A stretch of 64,000 nt of DNA from a virus: the IMG/VR virus record IMGVR_UViG_3300014502_000005, positions 12,237-76,236 of that record; one strand, 5' to 3'. A program made the position numbers and the translations under genes. The notes under the pieces were generated by a model that did not search any database, was not told the origin of the DNA, and saw nothing but the letters and a program-made list of their open reading frames with translations. This document shows positions 10,901-22,100 of this stretch, in pieces; the first letter of the stretch is position 1, and each line of letters opens with the position of its first letter.

Positions 10901-11110
10901 TTATAATTTTTTAAGCTCTTTATTTATTTCAGTCATCATTTTTAAAATAGCACTAGGCTTAGTGGATTCGCTATGCCATATTTCATTTAGCATTTCAAAT
11001 TTATCTTGAAGGTGCAGTCTATAAATTTCTTTAGAACACTCATCTTTTCCGTTTAAAGTATATCCCCAATATATTTCTTCTATTTTTTGTAGTGTCATAT
11101 TATTTATCAT
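10901..11110 (-). CDS. hypothetical protein
   Basis: 69-aa ORF packed against 10542-10898. Confidence 0.55.
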   Translation of the reverse strand: MINNMTLQKIEEIYWGYTLNGKDECSKEIYRLHLQDKFEMLNEIWHSESTKPSAILKMMTEINKELKKL

Positions 11111-11567
11111 TTAATTTAGTAAACTTCCTTACGGTGGGATTCTTGAGCTAAGTGAATAGTGATTTTATCCTTAATAAACATTGTTTATCAAGTTAAAACC
11201 CACTATTCGAGTAAATTAACTTCCTTGACGGAGCCTCATCTCTCGCTTTCGTGTCTAAAGTGAAACACTAAAGTCCTTTAGCTTGGAACCTCCTTCAATT
11301 GTTTAGTCAATTGTCGTCTCGTGGTATTCCTTAGTTCTCACGATGTAGCTTTGACGAATCCCCCTAGTAGTTACATTATTTTTTGGAATGCTAGTTGCGA
11401 AGCGACCCATACCAAAAAAGAAAAACCCGAAAGGTTACGTCTTTCGGGCCATCTTTTTTGGCAAGTAGAAACGCTTGGCGAATACTACCTGTCTATCTTA
11501 GACTGATCAACGTAACTGATCTAATATTTTCTGATGTAAAGATAATACATATTTTTAACATAAAAAC

Positions 11568-11607
11568 ATGTTTAAAAACATAAAAAATAAATTAGTAATT
11601 TTACATC
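11568..11607 (+). promoter_or_regulatory. putative promoter/operator upstream of portal
   Basis: ATGTTTAAAAACAT-N14-TAATTTTACATC; repeated at 15235-15275. Confidence 0.5.
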
Positions 11608-11625
11608 AAATTAAATAATTCCCGA

Positions 11626-13992
11626 ATGAATTTTGCGGAAAAGTATCAAAGAGAAGCTATTCAATTCCCAAGTAGAAATATTGACCCAAAATTAAAGTTA
11701 CTAAAAGACTTTGGCATAAAAATGTGCCAGGCAATATATTCTAGCTATGTAGGTGATAAAGCTTCATTCCCCTATTCTTTATTATCATATTATAATGAAG
11801 TTCGTCAATATTCAGATGGTAGGCAAGATCCTTCTAAATACGAAGAAAGATTAAATCCAACAGAGAGCGCAAACGGGAATATTGTAACCTCTAGTTTTGA
11901 TGGAGACTGGACAAGTAAGCAAAGTAAAAGAAAAGGATTAGGCAATCTAAATAGAGAAATATTAAGTCTTGGTCCCAGAATAATGCAAGCCATACTTGGA
12001 GCTTTCAAAGACGTTGATTATAATTTAATTGCTGATACCATTGATCCTGATTCTGGATATGAGCAGGAAATGAGTAAAAGTGCTTTATATGCAGAATCTC
12101 AGCATTTGGATTTTTTAAATATGATGAAGCAGGGAGCTGGAATTCCTGTTAACACAGACACTAAATACCCTAAAGACTTAGATGAACTACAGTTAATGGA
12201 AGATTTAGGCGAGTTTAAAACCGGAATATCTAAAGCTCTCGAAAAATTATTAAAACATACTTATGAGATTTCTGACTGGGAAAATACTAAAGATAAACTT
12301 ATAAAAGATATTGTAAATTTTAACGCAATATGCCTTCATGATTATTATGATGAAGAAGAATGTAAGTGGAAAACAGAGTATGTTGACATAACTCGTGTTA
12401 TTGCCCAATATTCAGATAAAAGAGATTATTCAGATTCTTGTTATTATGCTGTAGTTAGAGAAAAAACAGTTTCAGAGATAAGACATAAATTAGAAGGATT
12501 AGACTATTCGGAAGAACAATTAAGCCAATTAGCACAAAATTGGAGTGGCCAATTAGGCAATCCGGTACAAAGCGAATGGAATAGTTTTGCCCAAAAAGAT
12601 AATTACGGAAATTGGTTATATGACTTTTTTAAATGTCTTGTTTTAGAAGCAGAATGGATTGATAGCGATATTGATTATAAAACAGTAAATGTAAGTAGAA
12701 GAGGTATAAGGACTATTTATGATCAGGATTTCGGGAAAATAAGGAATACGGATCATAACAAAACTAGGACTACTACTATTAAAAGGAAATATGAAGCTAA
12801 ATGGATTTTAGGCTCTGACCTTATTTATGATCATCAAATAAGTCCAAGCCAACCAAGAGATAAAAGCAATAAAAGGCCATTAATGTCTTTTCATATATAT
12901 AATGGTACAGAATTAGCTATTACCCAGAGGTTAATTCCTATATTCGATCACTTTCAGATAACATGGCTTAAACTTCAAGAGGCATTAGTAGAATCTTTTG
13001 GAGAGATATTATTACTAGACCAGACAGTTTTAGACAGGATAAAAATGGGCGGGGAGACTTGGGACACCCTTAAGTTGCTAAAACATGCCAAACGGACACA
13101 TGTTCTTCCTTTTAGGTCTCTGCCTATGAATGGAAAATATGGCGGAGGGGCAGTTAAGCCTATAGATATAATCCCTTCAACTATCATGAATAGGATAGAC
13201 GAATCTATTAAATTATTCGAAAATTGTATTCGAATGATCGAGATGATTACCGGAATAAATCCTGTCTCTTTGGGGTCTCAACCGAATAATGAGGCCGGCA
13301 AGGCAACTACCGAAATGGCTTTACAGAACACAACTAAGATATTAAGGCCTATTATAGATGCCATTTTCCAAGTCAAAGAAGATTCTGCCGAATTTTTATC
13401 TGAGGCCTTGCGCTTAGGGTTGCGTAACGATAAAGATTGTCGCGAAGCCTACATGAAAGTAGTGGGACGAAATGATGTAGAAGCATTAGTTAAAAGTGAA
13501 TATGAAGCTAGAGAATTAGGTATAAAATTAATTCCAAGGCCGAATACTGAAGAACTCCAGAGTTTATACAGGGATATAGAAACAGCTTCTATGCCAGGGA
13601 AGGACGGAAGGCCATTAATAAGGTTTGACGTTAAACTATATATTAAAGAAAAATTAATGCATGGGGCTAATCTTAGTGATATTAGGCTTTATTTATCTAA
13701 TGCTATAGACAAAGAAATAGATAGACAAGAAAAATCGGCTAAAGAAAATAGTCAAAATCAAGGACAAGTATTACAACAACAAGAACAAATAAAAGCCCAA
13801 GGAGAAGCTCAAAAAATACAATTAGAAACTCAGGCTAAGATAGCAATATCAAACAACGAACATCAAAATGATATGGAACTAGAAAGTCATAAACAGTTTC
13901 ATGAAAAATATATTAAAGGTCAAGAAAACGAGATGAAACAACAAGAATTAAACCAAAAACAAGATGCCGGACAACAACCCACAACAGCTTAA
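11626..13992 (+). CDS. portal protein (crAss-like)
   Basis: 788 aa, follows terminase; ITGINPVSLG motif and Q-rich coiled C-terminus. Confidence 0.75.
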   Translation: MNFAEKYQREAIQFPSRNIDPKLKLLKDFGIKMCQAIYSSYVGDKASFPYSLLSYYNEVRQYSDGRQDPSKYEERLNPTESANGNIVTSSFDGDWTSKQSKRKGLGNLNREILSLGPRIMQAILGAFKDVDYNLIADTIDPDSGYEQEMSKSALYAESQHLDFLNMMKQGAGIPVNTDTKYPKDLDELQLMEDLGEFKTGISKALEKLLKHTYEISDWENTKDKLIKDIVNFNAICLHDYYDEEECKWKTEYVDITRVIAQYSDKRDYSDSCYYAVVREKTVSEIRHKLEGLDYSEEQLSQLAQNWSGQLGNPVQSEWNSFAQKDNYGNWLYDFFKCLVLEAEWIDSDIDYKTVNVSRRGIRTIYDQDFGKIRNTDHNKTRTTTIKRKYEAKWILGSDLIYDHQISPSQPRDKSNKRPLMSFHIYNGTELAITQRLIPIFDHFQITWLKLQEALVESFGEILLLDQTVLDRIKMGGETWDTLKLLKHAKRTHVLPFRSLPMNGKYGGGAVKPIDIIPSTIMNRIDESIKLFENCIRMIEMITGINPVSLGSQPNNEAGKATTEMALQNTTKILRPIIDAIFQVKEDSAEFLSEALRLGLRNDKDCREAYMKVVGRNDVEALVKSEYEARELGIKLIPRPNTEELQSLYRDIETASMPGKDGRPLIRFDVKLYIKEKLMHGANLSDIRLYLSNAIDKEIDRQEKSAKENSQNQGQVLQQQEQIKAQGEAQKIQLETQAKIAISNNEHQNDMELESHKQFHEKYIKGQENEMKQQELNQKQDAGQQPTTA

Positions 13993-14950
13993 AAAAGATC
14001 CTCAAGTAGATAGATTTGTAAAAACTAATCCTCAATATCAGGATTTTTTTGAAAATTATCCTGTGCCAGACAATCCAGCTGCTAAGGATGTTAATTTAGG
14101 TTCTGCTGAAGATTATTTAAATAGTCAAGATGTTTATTTGAAAGATAAGGCCAGGTTAAATGCTTATGCCCAAACTTTAAATCAAGAACTAGAAAAGAAA
14201 AACCCAAAACTATATGGAGAGCTAATGTCAAAATATAGTTGGGATGATAAACATCCTTCTTCTGGCAAAACAAGGACAACCGGAGCCGAAAGTTATGCAA
14301 AAAGTGACCCTAATTTTAATTTATCTCCAACAGAACAAAAAAAGATATTAGGAGAAAATTGGGAAGATTATTCAAATTTAAGGGGGGCATATGGTAAAAA
14401 TTTAAATTTGGTCGGAGAAAAGGAAGACGCAAGTAAGCCAGAAACATGGACTGTTGGAGCCAGGCATTCTGTTGCCTTTAATCCAGCTTCTTCGTCTTAT
14501 ATAAATGAACCTACAGAATCGAATAAGCAAGTTAGGTCTACTAGTAAATATAAAAAAACACTAGAGTATAACACAGGATCGAAAGAATATACTGGGAATA
14601 CCATGTATAGTAATATAAATAAAGACGACCCTTCTAAAAATATAAACGATCTTTATGTGAGAAGGTTATCCGAAGTAAAAGCTAATTACGATCCAAACAC
14701 ACAAGTTAAGACTGACCAAGGGGTAGTATTTAAAAAGCCAGGATGGCATTTTTATAAAACGTATGACGACGGATCTAAAGACGAAGTAAGTGAAAACGAA
14801 TACCAAACCTTAAAAAAATTTAACACACTAGATCCAAGTATTAAAAATAAATACATTGAAACTGTTGACCCTTCAAAATTAAAGGGCAAAAATAAAGAAA
14901 TAGCAGCTAATAAAATGGAATTACTTAAAACCGTAGAAAATGATAATTGA
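13964..14950 (+). CDS. hypothetical protein
   Basis: 328-aa ORF in head module. Confidence 0.6.
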   Translation: MPDNNPQQLKKDPQVDRFVKTNPQYQDFFENYPVPDNPAAKDVNLGSAEDYLNSQDVYLKDKARLNAYAQTLNQELEKKNPKLYGELMSKYSWDDKHPSSGKTRTTGAESYAKSDPNFNLSPTEQKKILGENWEDYSNLRGAYGKNLNLVGEKEDASKPETWTVGARHSVAFNPASSSYINEPTESNKQVRSTSKYKKTLEYNTGSKEYTGNTMYSNINKDDPSKNINDLYVRRLSEVKANYDPNTQVKTDQGVVFKKPGWHFYKTYDDGSKDEVSENEYQTLKKFNTLDPSIKNKYIETVDPSKLKGKNKEIAANKMELLKTVENDN

Positions 14951-15218
14951 ATTGTCAAGAGTAGATAATAGATACTACCTAAAATTGGACGGGAAGTTTG
15001 TAATTGACCCAAGGTTTATTTATACACACATCCAGGCTGGACAAGAAAAATTTAATCATATAAAAGAGATAGTATCAAAATTCGGAGAAGTGGATTACGA
15101 AATTGGGAACATAAATAGTCCGTATGAAGAAACTATACTTAATTCAGTAGAAATAAATAAAGGTGATAGATTGTTTATAAACAACAAAATATCAGGAAGA
15201 TTGATAGTTAAAAAATAG
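14940..15218 (+). CDS. hypothetical protein
   Basis: 92-aa ORF overlapping the upstream stop. Confidence 0.5.
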   Translation: MIIELSRVDNRYYLKLDGKFVIDPRFIYTHIQAGQEKFNHIKEIVSKFGEVDYEIGNINSPYEETILNSVEINKGDRLFINNKISGRLIVKK

Positions 15219-15234
15219 AATTAACCGAAAATAT

Positions 15235-15275
15235 ATGTTTAAAAACATATAATATTATTATATTAATTTTACATC
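15235..15275 (+). promoter_or_regulatory. putative promoter/operator upstream of scaffold-capsid genes
   Basis: ATGTTTAAAAACAT-N15-TAATTTTACATC. Confidence 0.5.
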
Positions 15276-15295
15276 GAGAAAACTAAATAAATATT

Positions 15296-16495
15296 ATGGG
15301 ACTAGAAGATGAATTGATAAAAGGAATGAAAACAGCTCATCCTGAATCTAAAAGTTTGGGATCAGATGCGGTCACTATTACTCCAGAAATTAAACAACCC
15401 GAATTAAATCCTGTCGATCAAGTAATAGAAACGCAGCCCAAAGAAACTACCCTACAAACAAAAACAGAAAACACAGTTTTTGACGTATCTGATTTTAACG
15501 TAAAATATGGGAAACGGTTTAATAGGGAAATAAAAGAAGAGAAAGAATTAGAAGAAATATTTTCCGCTTCATCTAAAATTTCTGATTACAAAGCTAAATT
15601 AAAGGTGTCTCAAGACGAGTATGGATTGACTAAAAAGCAATTCGACGAATTGAGTACTAAGTATGAATCAGAAAAAGAAGCATTAAAATTTATAGACATA
15701 AAAAAATATTTTGCCAACGATAAGTTGTATAAGACCAATGAAATGTTAAAGAAATATCCAGATAAGGATATTTCTACCATGACAGAGATTAGTAATATGG
15801 ATTTAGAAAAGGCAGACAATGTTGATTTATTAGTAAAAAGGGCTAGATTAAATGATTCTGACATTTATAAAGGGATGGATGATTCCCAGGTGAAAGAAGT
15901 TATAGCCGATAGTTTAGGCAGTATTGATCTTGACGAACCCGATTCTTGGGATAATGTGACGAAAGCTAAAATTGCAAAGGCGGCTAAAGAAGCTCGAATT
16001 GAGTTTAAGGCCTTGCAAGATATTGAGTTACCAGTTCCGGTCGATGTCGAAAAGGTGAGGCAAGAATTTGCTTCTAAAGAAAAAGAACGCTATGAACAAA
16101 CTAAAAGTCAATGGTCGCCAATAGTTGACAAAATGGTCGCCAATTTTACCGAATTGGTCATTCCTGACGAAGAAGGCAAGGAGCTGTATAAGTACACTCC
16201 AGAACTCAATGATGGATTTAAGGCAGAAATATCTAAGTACGTGGATTTTTTGGCATACACTGGCCAACCACTGAACGAAAGCACAATAACAGAAGTGCTA
16301 GAAAGTATTAAAGGAAGATATATTGTGAAAGAACTTCCTAAAATAATGAAAGCCCACGCCTTAAAAGTATCTACCGAAGTTGAAGATAAATGGCACAATA
16401 AAGTCAATAACGACAAACCATTATCAGATAAATCAAGGCCTGTATCAGACGGAAATGACATTTGGAGTAAGATGGCGGATTTGGTAAAGTATTAA
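15296..16495 (+). CDS. putative capsid scaffold/assembly protein
   Basis: acidic, coiled-coil-like, immediately upstream of the major capsid gene. Confidence 0.5.
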   Translation: MGLEDELIKGMKTAHPESKSLGSDAVTITPEIKQPELNPVDQVIETQPKETTLQTKTENTVFDVSDFNVKYGKRFNREIKEEKELEEIFSASSKISDYKAKLKVSQDEYGLTKKQFDELSTKYESEKEALKFIDIKKYFANDKLYKTNEMLKKYPDKDISTMTEISNMDLEKADNVDLLVKRARLNDSDIYKGMDDSQVKEVIADSLGSIDLDEPDSWDNVTKAKIAKAAKEARIEFKALQDIELPVPVDVEKVRQEFASKEKERYEQTKSQWSPIVDKMVANFTELVIPDEEGKELYKYTPELNDGFKAEISKYVDFLAYTGQPLNESTITEVLESIKGRYIVKELPKIMKAHALKVSTEVEDKWHNKVNNDKPLSDKSRPVSDGNDIWSKMADLVKY

Positions 16496-16515
16496 CAATT
16501 TAAAAATTAGAAATT

Positions 16516-17976
16516 ATGGCTTTAGCACCTGCTACATCTTATGCCGCAAGAGGTCAATGGACTGACCTATGGCAATCAATTTACGATTTTGAACGAGTTC
16601 CACAAGTGTGGAAAGAAATATATAAACAATATGGTCATTTATTTGATGTATTTGACTTTATTGATATGATGGGACAAACTATTACTATAAAAGGTAATAC
16701 TTTGAAAGTTTTTGAGCAATATGCTTACGAGAAATTAATTACTATTGGTACTGGAGGTATTAGTACAGGAGCTGTTGGTGCGGATATTACTTTTACGTTA
16801 GATGCTTCTGATTATGACGCTCAAGGTAATGCAATATTATTGACTAGTGATAGTATCCTTATTCCTGGACTTTATTGCGCTGATACTTCTCAGGATTATC
16901 TGTATCGTATTATGAGTGATGATTCTGGAGTAGGTGCTGCTAAAATTTATACTGCAAAACCTTATAATAAGACTGGTACTAATTTTAGTGCTGCCCGTAT
17001 TACGACCCTTATTCCTGCTGGGACTAAATTAATGATTGGCCCAGATTCTTTTGGTTATGGCACTGATCAGCCAAAGGGATTAACTAATGGGTCTTATCAA
17101 AGAATTTTCGGGACTGAAATTTCTAAGACTAATTTTGATATGGCTGGCGGCCTTCAATATCAAGAAAATTATCTTGATGGAGTTCCACTAAAAGGAGGAA
17201 GGGGAGTTGGCCGATTTAACGCCGCTTCTGTGCAGCAAGAATTTGAGCTTAATAAAAAAATTAATTACAATATTTGGTTGGGACAGGAAGCTGACAATAC
17301 AACTTTTGTAATGAACGATAAATACGGAACTAGTGTTCCTATTAAAGCTCAACGAGGTTTTTTACAGTGGATGCAGAAATTAGCTTTAAAGAAAACCTAT
17401 TCTGATAAATTTGAACTATCAGATTTCGATGACATTAAATCACTTATGATATCTGTAGGGGAATCAGCTCAGGAAATGCTTTTTGGAGTTGGAGATCTTT
17501 TATATGCTAACATTGAAAATTCTGGATACCAGTTCTTGAAAGAATATTCAAGCGCAACCAATGTGATGAAAAAAATGGACGAAATTGGTCTTAACTTTAA
17601 GGTTATTGAAAAATTAAATTTCCGTTTTATCATTAAGGAATTTGGTAATTTATCTAATCCTAATGGTATGGGTGCTGCTGCTTATTCAGATAGATATCGT
17701 TCGATGGGCTTTATTGTTCCTATGGGAGAAAATAAAGTTGCTATTGAAGGCGGAGGCCCAAGCGTAGATCAAAAAGTTAGAATTTCCAGTCTTATGATTG
17801 GCTATCCTAGCCATAATGGTGAAAATCGCGAAAGGGTGGTAGGCTATTTGAATGGTATGACTGGACAAAATATGCCTATTGTTCAATCATGGGATGTTAC
17901 TCAGGGTATGATGCTTTCTGAATACATGCCTATTTTTACAGGTGTTCAGAAAATGATACTTGTAAATAAAGCTTAA
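16516..17976 (+). CDS. major capsid protein
   Basis: 486 aa, position after portal and scaffold, followed by a strong terminator. Confidence 0.7.
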   Translation: MALAPATSYAARGQWTDLWQSIYDFERVPQVWKEIYKQYGHLFDVFDFIDMMGQTITIKGNTLKVFEQYAYEKLITIGTGGISTGAVGADITFTLDASDYDAQGNAILLTSDSILIPGLYCADTSQDYLYRIMSDDSGVGAAKIYTAKPYNKTGTNFSAARITTLIPAGTKLMIGPDSFGYGTDQPKGLTNGSYQRIFGTEISKTNFDMAGGLQYQENYLDGVPLKGGRGVGRFNAASVQQEFELNKKINYNIWLGQEADNTTFVMNDKYGTSVPIKAQRGFLQWMQKLALKKTYSDKFELSDFDDIKSLMISVGESAQEMLFGVGDLLYANIENSGYQFLKEYSSATNVMKKMDEIGLNFKVIEKLNFRFIIKEFGNLSNPNGMGAAAYSDRYRSMGFIVPMGENKVAIEGGGPSVDQKVRISSLMIGYPSHNGENRERVVGYLNGMTGQNMPIVQSWDVTQGMMLSEYMPIFTGVQKMILVNKA

Positions 17977-17980
17977 TCAT

Positions 17981-18013
17981 AAAGGGAGAGGATATTATTT
18001 CTCTCCCTTTTTT
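17981..18013 (+). terminator. intrinsic terminator
   Basis: AAAGGGAGAG-loop-CTCTCCCTTT followed by a T run. Confidence 0.8.
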
Positions 18014-18034
18014 ATAAACCAAAACGAGAATATT

Positions 18035-19072
18035 ATGCTGTACTGCAATGATGAATTAGTAAGATTAAATGATGAGAATTGGAAGCATCTCGAGCCAAAG
18101 TTTGCAAAAATAAGGAAAATGAGAGGCCCGATTCGAATTAAAACGACCCAAATTATTGAAACAAATGAAAACGGTCGTAAGGAAAAAGTCCCAAACCATG
18201 CTTGGCCATTAATGGCTACAGTAGTTAGTGATGCTGGCGAATCTCAAACTTGGATGTATTCTAAGAATATCCCAAGATTAAAGGACGGAGAGCCAGTCTT
18301 TACTGAAAGGTCTATCATGATAGAAAATGGCAACCTTTTTGTTGATCCAATAAAACAGACAGATCTGGTTTATTTTTTAACAGAATTAAGCGGAATGCTT
18401 AAATCAGGACTTTGGGCTATTGAAGATTTAGACAAAGAAAGCACAAGGGCCATTGAAAAAATAGGAGAATCTGCTACTATAGAGTTTTTCTTATGTAGTA
18501 AATATAGCCCTATTTATAATGACCACAAACGGCTAAAGCAATTAGCGGCATCTTGGAGTATTGCCAATAGCGATGCAATACATATGGACACATTACGAAA
18601 ACAACTCTTAGATAAAGTGTATGCTTCTCAGAACAATTATTCAGTAACTAAAAGAGGTATTGAAGAATTTGTTGCAGAGGTAAACGGTGAGGATGTATTT
18701 TCAGAATATAGAACGTTAGTTCAATTAGCTATTGATAAAAAGGTAATTGGATGGAACAATAAAGACAAGGGATGGTATTTTATGGATGTTAATACCACCT
18801 CATTTATTGAACCGATAGTTTTTGTGCCTTCTGTTAATTTTTCTCAGAAAGATTCTATACTTTTTGATTATATACGTTTAAATGCAACTTTATTTGAAAC
18901 TATAAAAAATGCAGTTGGGGATGAACAGGAAAAAACAGGGTACGATCATATAGGATGGCATGCAAAAAGAAAATTAGCCAAAGATAGAGGAATTAGTATT
19001 TTACATAAAACAGAGGAACAAATAACACAAGAATTATTACAACAAGACTTATTAAAAGAAGCGGTTAGTTAG
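18035..19072 (+). CDS. putative virion-module protein downstream of the major capsid gene
   Basis: 345-aa ORF; positional call. Confidence 0.45.
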   Translation: MLYCNDELVRLNDENWKHLEPKFAKIRKMRGPIRIKTTQIIETNENGRKEKVPNHAWPLMATVVSDAGESQTWMYSKNIPRLKDGEPVFTERSIMIENGNLFVDPIKQTDLVYFLTELSGMLKSGLWAIEDLDKESTRAIEKIGESATIEFFLCSKYSPIYNDHKRLKQLAASWSIANSDAIHMDTLRKQLLDKVYASQNNYSVTKRGIEEFVAEVNGEDVFSEYRTLVQLAIDKKVIGWNNKDKGWYFMDVNTTSFIEPIVFVPSVNFSQKDSILFDYIRLNATLFETIKNAVGDEQEKTGYDHIGWHAKRKLAKDRGISILHKTEEQITQELLQQDLLKEAVS

Positions 19073-19094
19073 TTTTCTCGGTTTGGTTAGTTTG

Positions 19095-19124
19095 ATCCCT
19101 GGTATATTTATATCAGGGATTTTT
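19095..19124 (+). terminator. intrinsic terminator
   Basis: ATCCCTGGTATA-loop-TATATCAGGGAT followed by TTTT. Confidence 0.7.
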
Positions 19125-19152
19125 GCATTAAAAAGCAATAAATAAAATTGAT

Positions 19153-19160
19153 TAAATTTG
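19153..19160 (+). promoter_or_regulatory. Bacteroidota-type -7 promoter element
   Basis: TAAATTTG (TAnnTTTG) 15 nt before the ATG. Confidence 0.5.
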
Positions 19161-19175
19161 TGAAAACAAAATAGA

Positions 19176-22100
19176 ATGATTGCTCTTAGTTTTAATGTAA
19201 TATATGATATAAATCAGAGAAAATTTAAAGTTCAGGATACTAGCAATTATTCTGGCCAAGGAGTATTATTAACAGATGTTGCCGGAGTAATTAAGATTAC
19301 AACCCCTAGAGGAATAACATATAATAATACTAATTATTCAAGTCCAGACATAATTCCGAATACAAGTTTATTTTCAGGATATATTTCTTTGCCAGTAAAC
19401 GCCCAGGGATACATTTTAGCAGGGGCATATACTATAGAATATTTTGTAAAACGAATAAGTACTAGCGAAATATCAACTGAAAGCAATTCATATACTTATT
19501 CTTTTATAGTCCCTGCTATAAATATAGTTCAGGCCGTAGATGGATATAATTCTATTTTTACTTCTAGTGATAATACAATTTACGGGACTTACACCAGTTT
19601 ATCCAGAACGCACGAAGTAACGCCTCCATCCGGAAGTCCATTAATAGTAACGTCTAATAGTAACCAAACCATAACTTATTCTCCAAATATTTGGAGTGGA
19701 ATTTGGGTAAGTCAAATTACATCTGTTTTAGTATATACGATGACAGATGGGCTTATTATTAATGCTTCGTTAACTGAAACAAAAGAAATTACGGCATATC
19801 TTAATGACATGAATGTAATTAGAGGATATATCGAAACGTTTAAATTATTATTTGAATCGGCCAGGGCAACAAACAAAGAATTAGCGTATAGAATAGAGTT
19901 ATCTTTAAATAAGGTAAATACTTCTTATGTAGAATATGATTTAGCTTTATATTATAACGACCTTGCCACTGCTTATTTAAGGACAGTTGATATTATAAAT
20001 GAGTTAAGTGATTATATTACTATTACTTTTCCTGAAGAAATAATTCCATTTGTAAATCATCAAGGCGGGTCAAGTCATCCTCCTGTTTCAATTGGGGGTA
20101 CACCATATGGCGTAAGTATAAACGCCTCTCAAGTATTAACATTTGCTTTAGCCACTACTTCAAGTGGAGGAATGATTCCACAATTAAGCGGGAATATTAC
20201 GGATTATATTGGCGGAGACGGTAGTTGGCACAGTCTAACATCAGGGACATATGCGTTAAAATCTGATTTTACTGCTTATTTATCCGTAACGGCTATAACT
20301 GCCGCTAATATTACAAACTGGCAAACAGCATACGGTTGGGGAAATCACGCTTCTGCCGGATACGCTATAGCAATTAATTATTATACTAAGACCAATCTTC
20401 AAACATCTGGACAAGCTGCTGTTCATTTTGGCAACCTAACTAATAAGCCAACTACACTATCTGGTTATGGCATAACAGATTCTATGTCGGGTAACGCTCC
20501 AATAACAGGAGCTACCCATACAAAAATAACATATGATTCAAAAGGATTAGTAACGGGAGGATCGGATTTAATTGCCTCAGATATACCTAATATTGCTTGG
20601 AGCAAAATAACGTCAGGTATACCTACTACTATTTCGGGTTATGGCATTACAAATGCTTACACAAAAATAGAAGTTGATAATAAAACATGGGCATGGGGCG
20701 CCATAACAAGCGGAATTCCTACAACCATTTCCGGCTATGGCATAACTGACGCCTATACAAAAATTGAAGTAAACGCAAAGACATGGCCGTGGAGTTCTAT
20801 AACTTCTACGCCTACAACTGTAGCTGGTTATGGCATATTAAATGCCTTAACTACAGCTCATCCGGCAAACAATATTATTAGTAGCGGTTCTGGGACTTCT
20901 TTTTTAGCAAACGACGGGACATATAAACCAATAACACTAGGAGGAGGAGCAGATACTCAAGTTATATTTATTGATTCTACCACTCCGTCTGGAAATGCAG
21001 GGTTTATTTTTGATAAAACAAATGTAAGATTAACAGTAACTCAAATATTGGCAAGTAATTATTTGTATATTGCCAATACTACAACTTCTATAACAAAAGA
21101 TGTATCAAATAATTTAGTTTTTACAGACGCTGTTTCAGGTTCAGCAACATTAGCATCATTAATAAGTGGAGCGACAAATTATTGGGCAGCAGTATCTGGA
21201 GGTATATCTTATACTGATTATGTAGGAGTAAATAATCCGGTATCATTAGATGAAGCTTTGACCGTAAATGGAAATATAATAGCCGATAACTTTAGTACTA
21301 CTTATTTCAGATATTTAAATAGTAATTTACTATTAGGGCCAAATGCAGGAGATAACGAAACTGGAAGTAATCTATTATATATTGCTAATTCAAATACAGC
21401 AACACCCTTAATTTATGGTGATTTTGTTAATCAGGAAGTAAAATTCAATGCCGATACCTATATAAATACTGTAAAAAGACTGGCTTTTGGGGATTCTACA
21501 GTGTATATTCGTAGGGATAGTTCGAATAACTTAGTTTTTTGTGATTTAAATGCAAATAGTGGCAATCCTTTAACATTGACCGAACTAACAACGTTAACTG
21601 GATATGCGTTAAAGTCAGATTTCATAAGCTACACATCCGCTACGTCTATTACTGCTGCAAATTTAATTACATGGGGGAAGGCCTCTATTTTAACCACCGC
21701 CGGAGCGGGAACTTTGTTTTTAACAGATGACGGCACTTATCAAGCAGGGGGCGGAGGAGGAGTTACTCCTACTGACTATACGTGGAAATTTGATACAGGA
21801 TCAATTTATTATAGGCCATATACAAATAAAACAGAGGCTGGAGGTGCTGCAAGTGGAGGTAAGTTTTATGGAAGTACAGCTACTCCAACAGCTACAAATA
21901 GGCTTAATTATGACGGTTATTTATATGTTACTAAATTATATAGTAATTCAGTAGAAGTTCAAACCGCGTTGAATTTTTCAAATGGGTTAACAGAAAATGC
22001 AGGTACAGTTACCTTAGGAGGTACATTAATTCAATCAACTACAATAGATGGAATATATGATTTTAATGTAGATTTAACTGATACTACTATAGTTATTCAA

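Noticed and set aside
11321-11583. Two short plus-strand ORFs upstream of the portal
   Set aside because: GTG/TTG starts, mutual overlap, no motifs, and they span a hairpin and promoter motifs.
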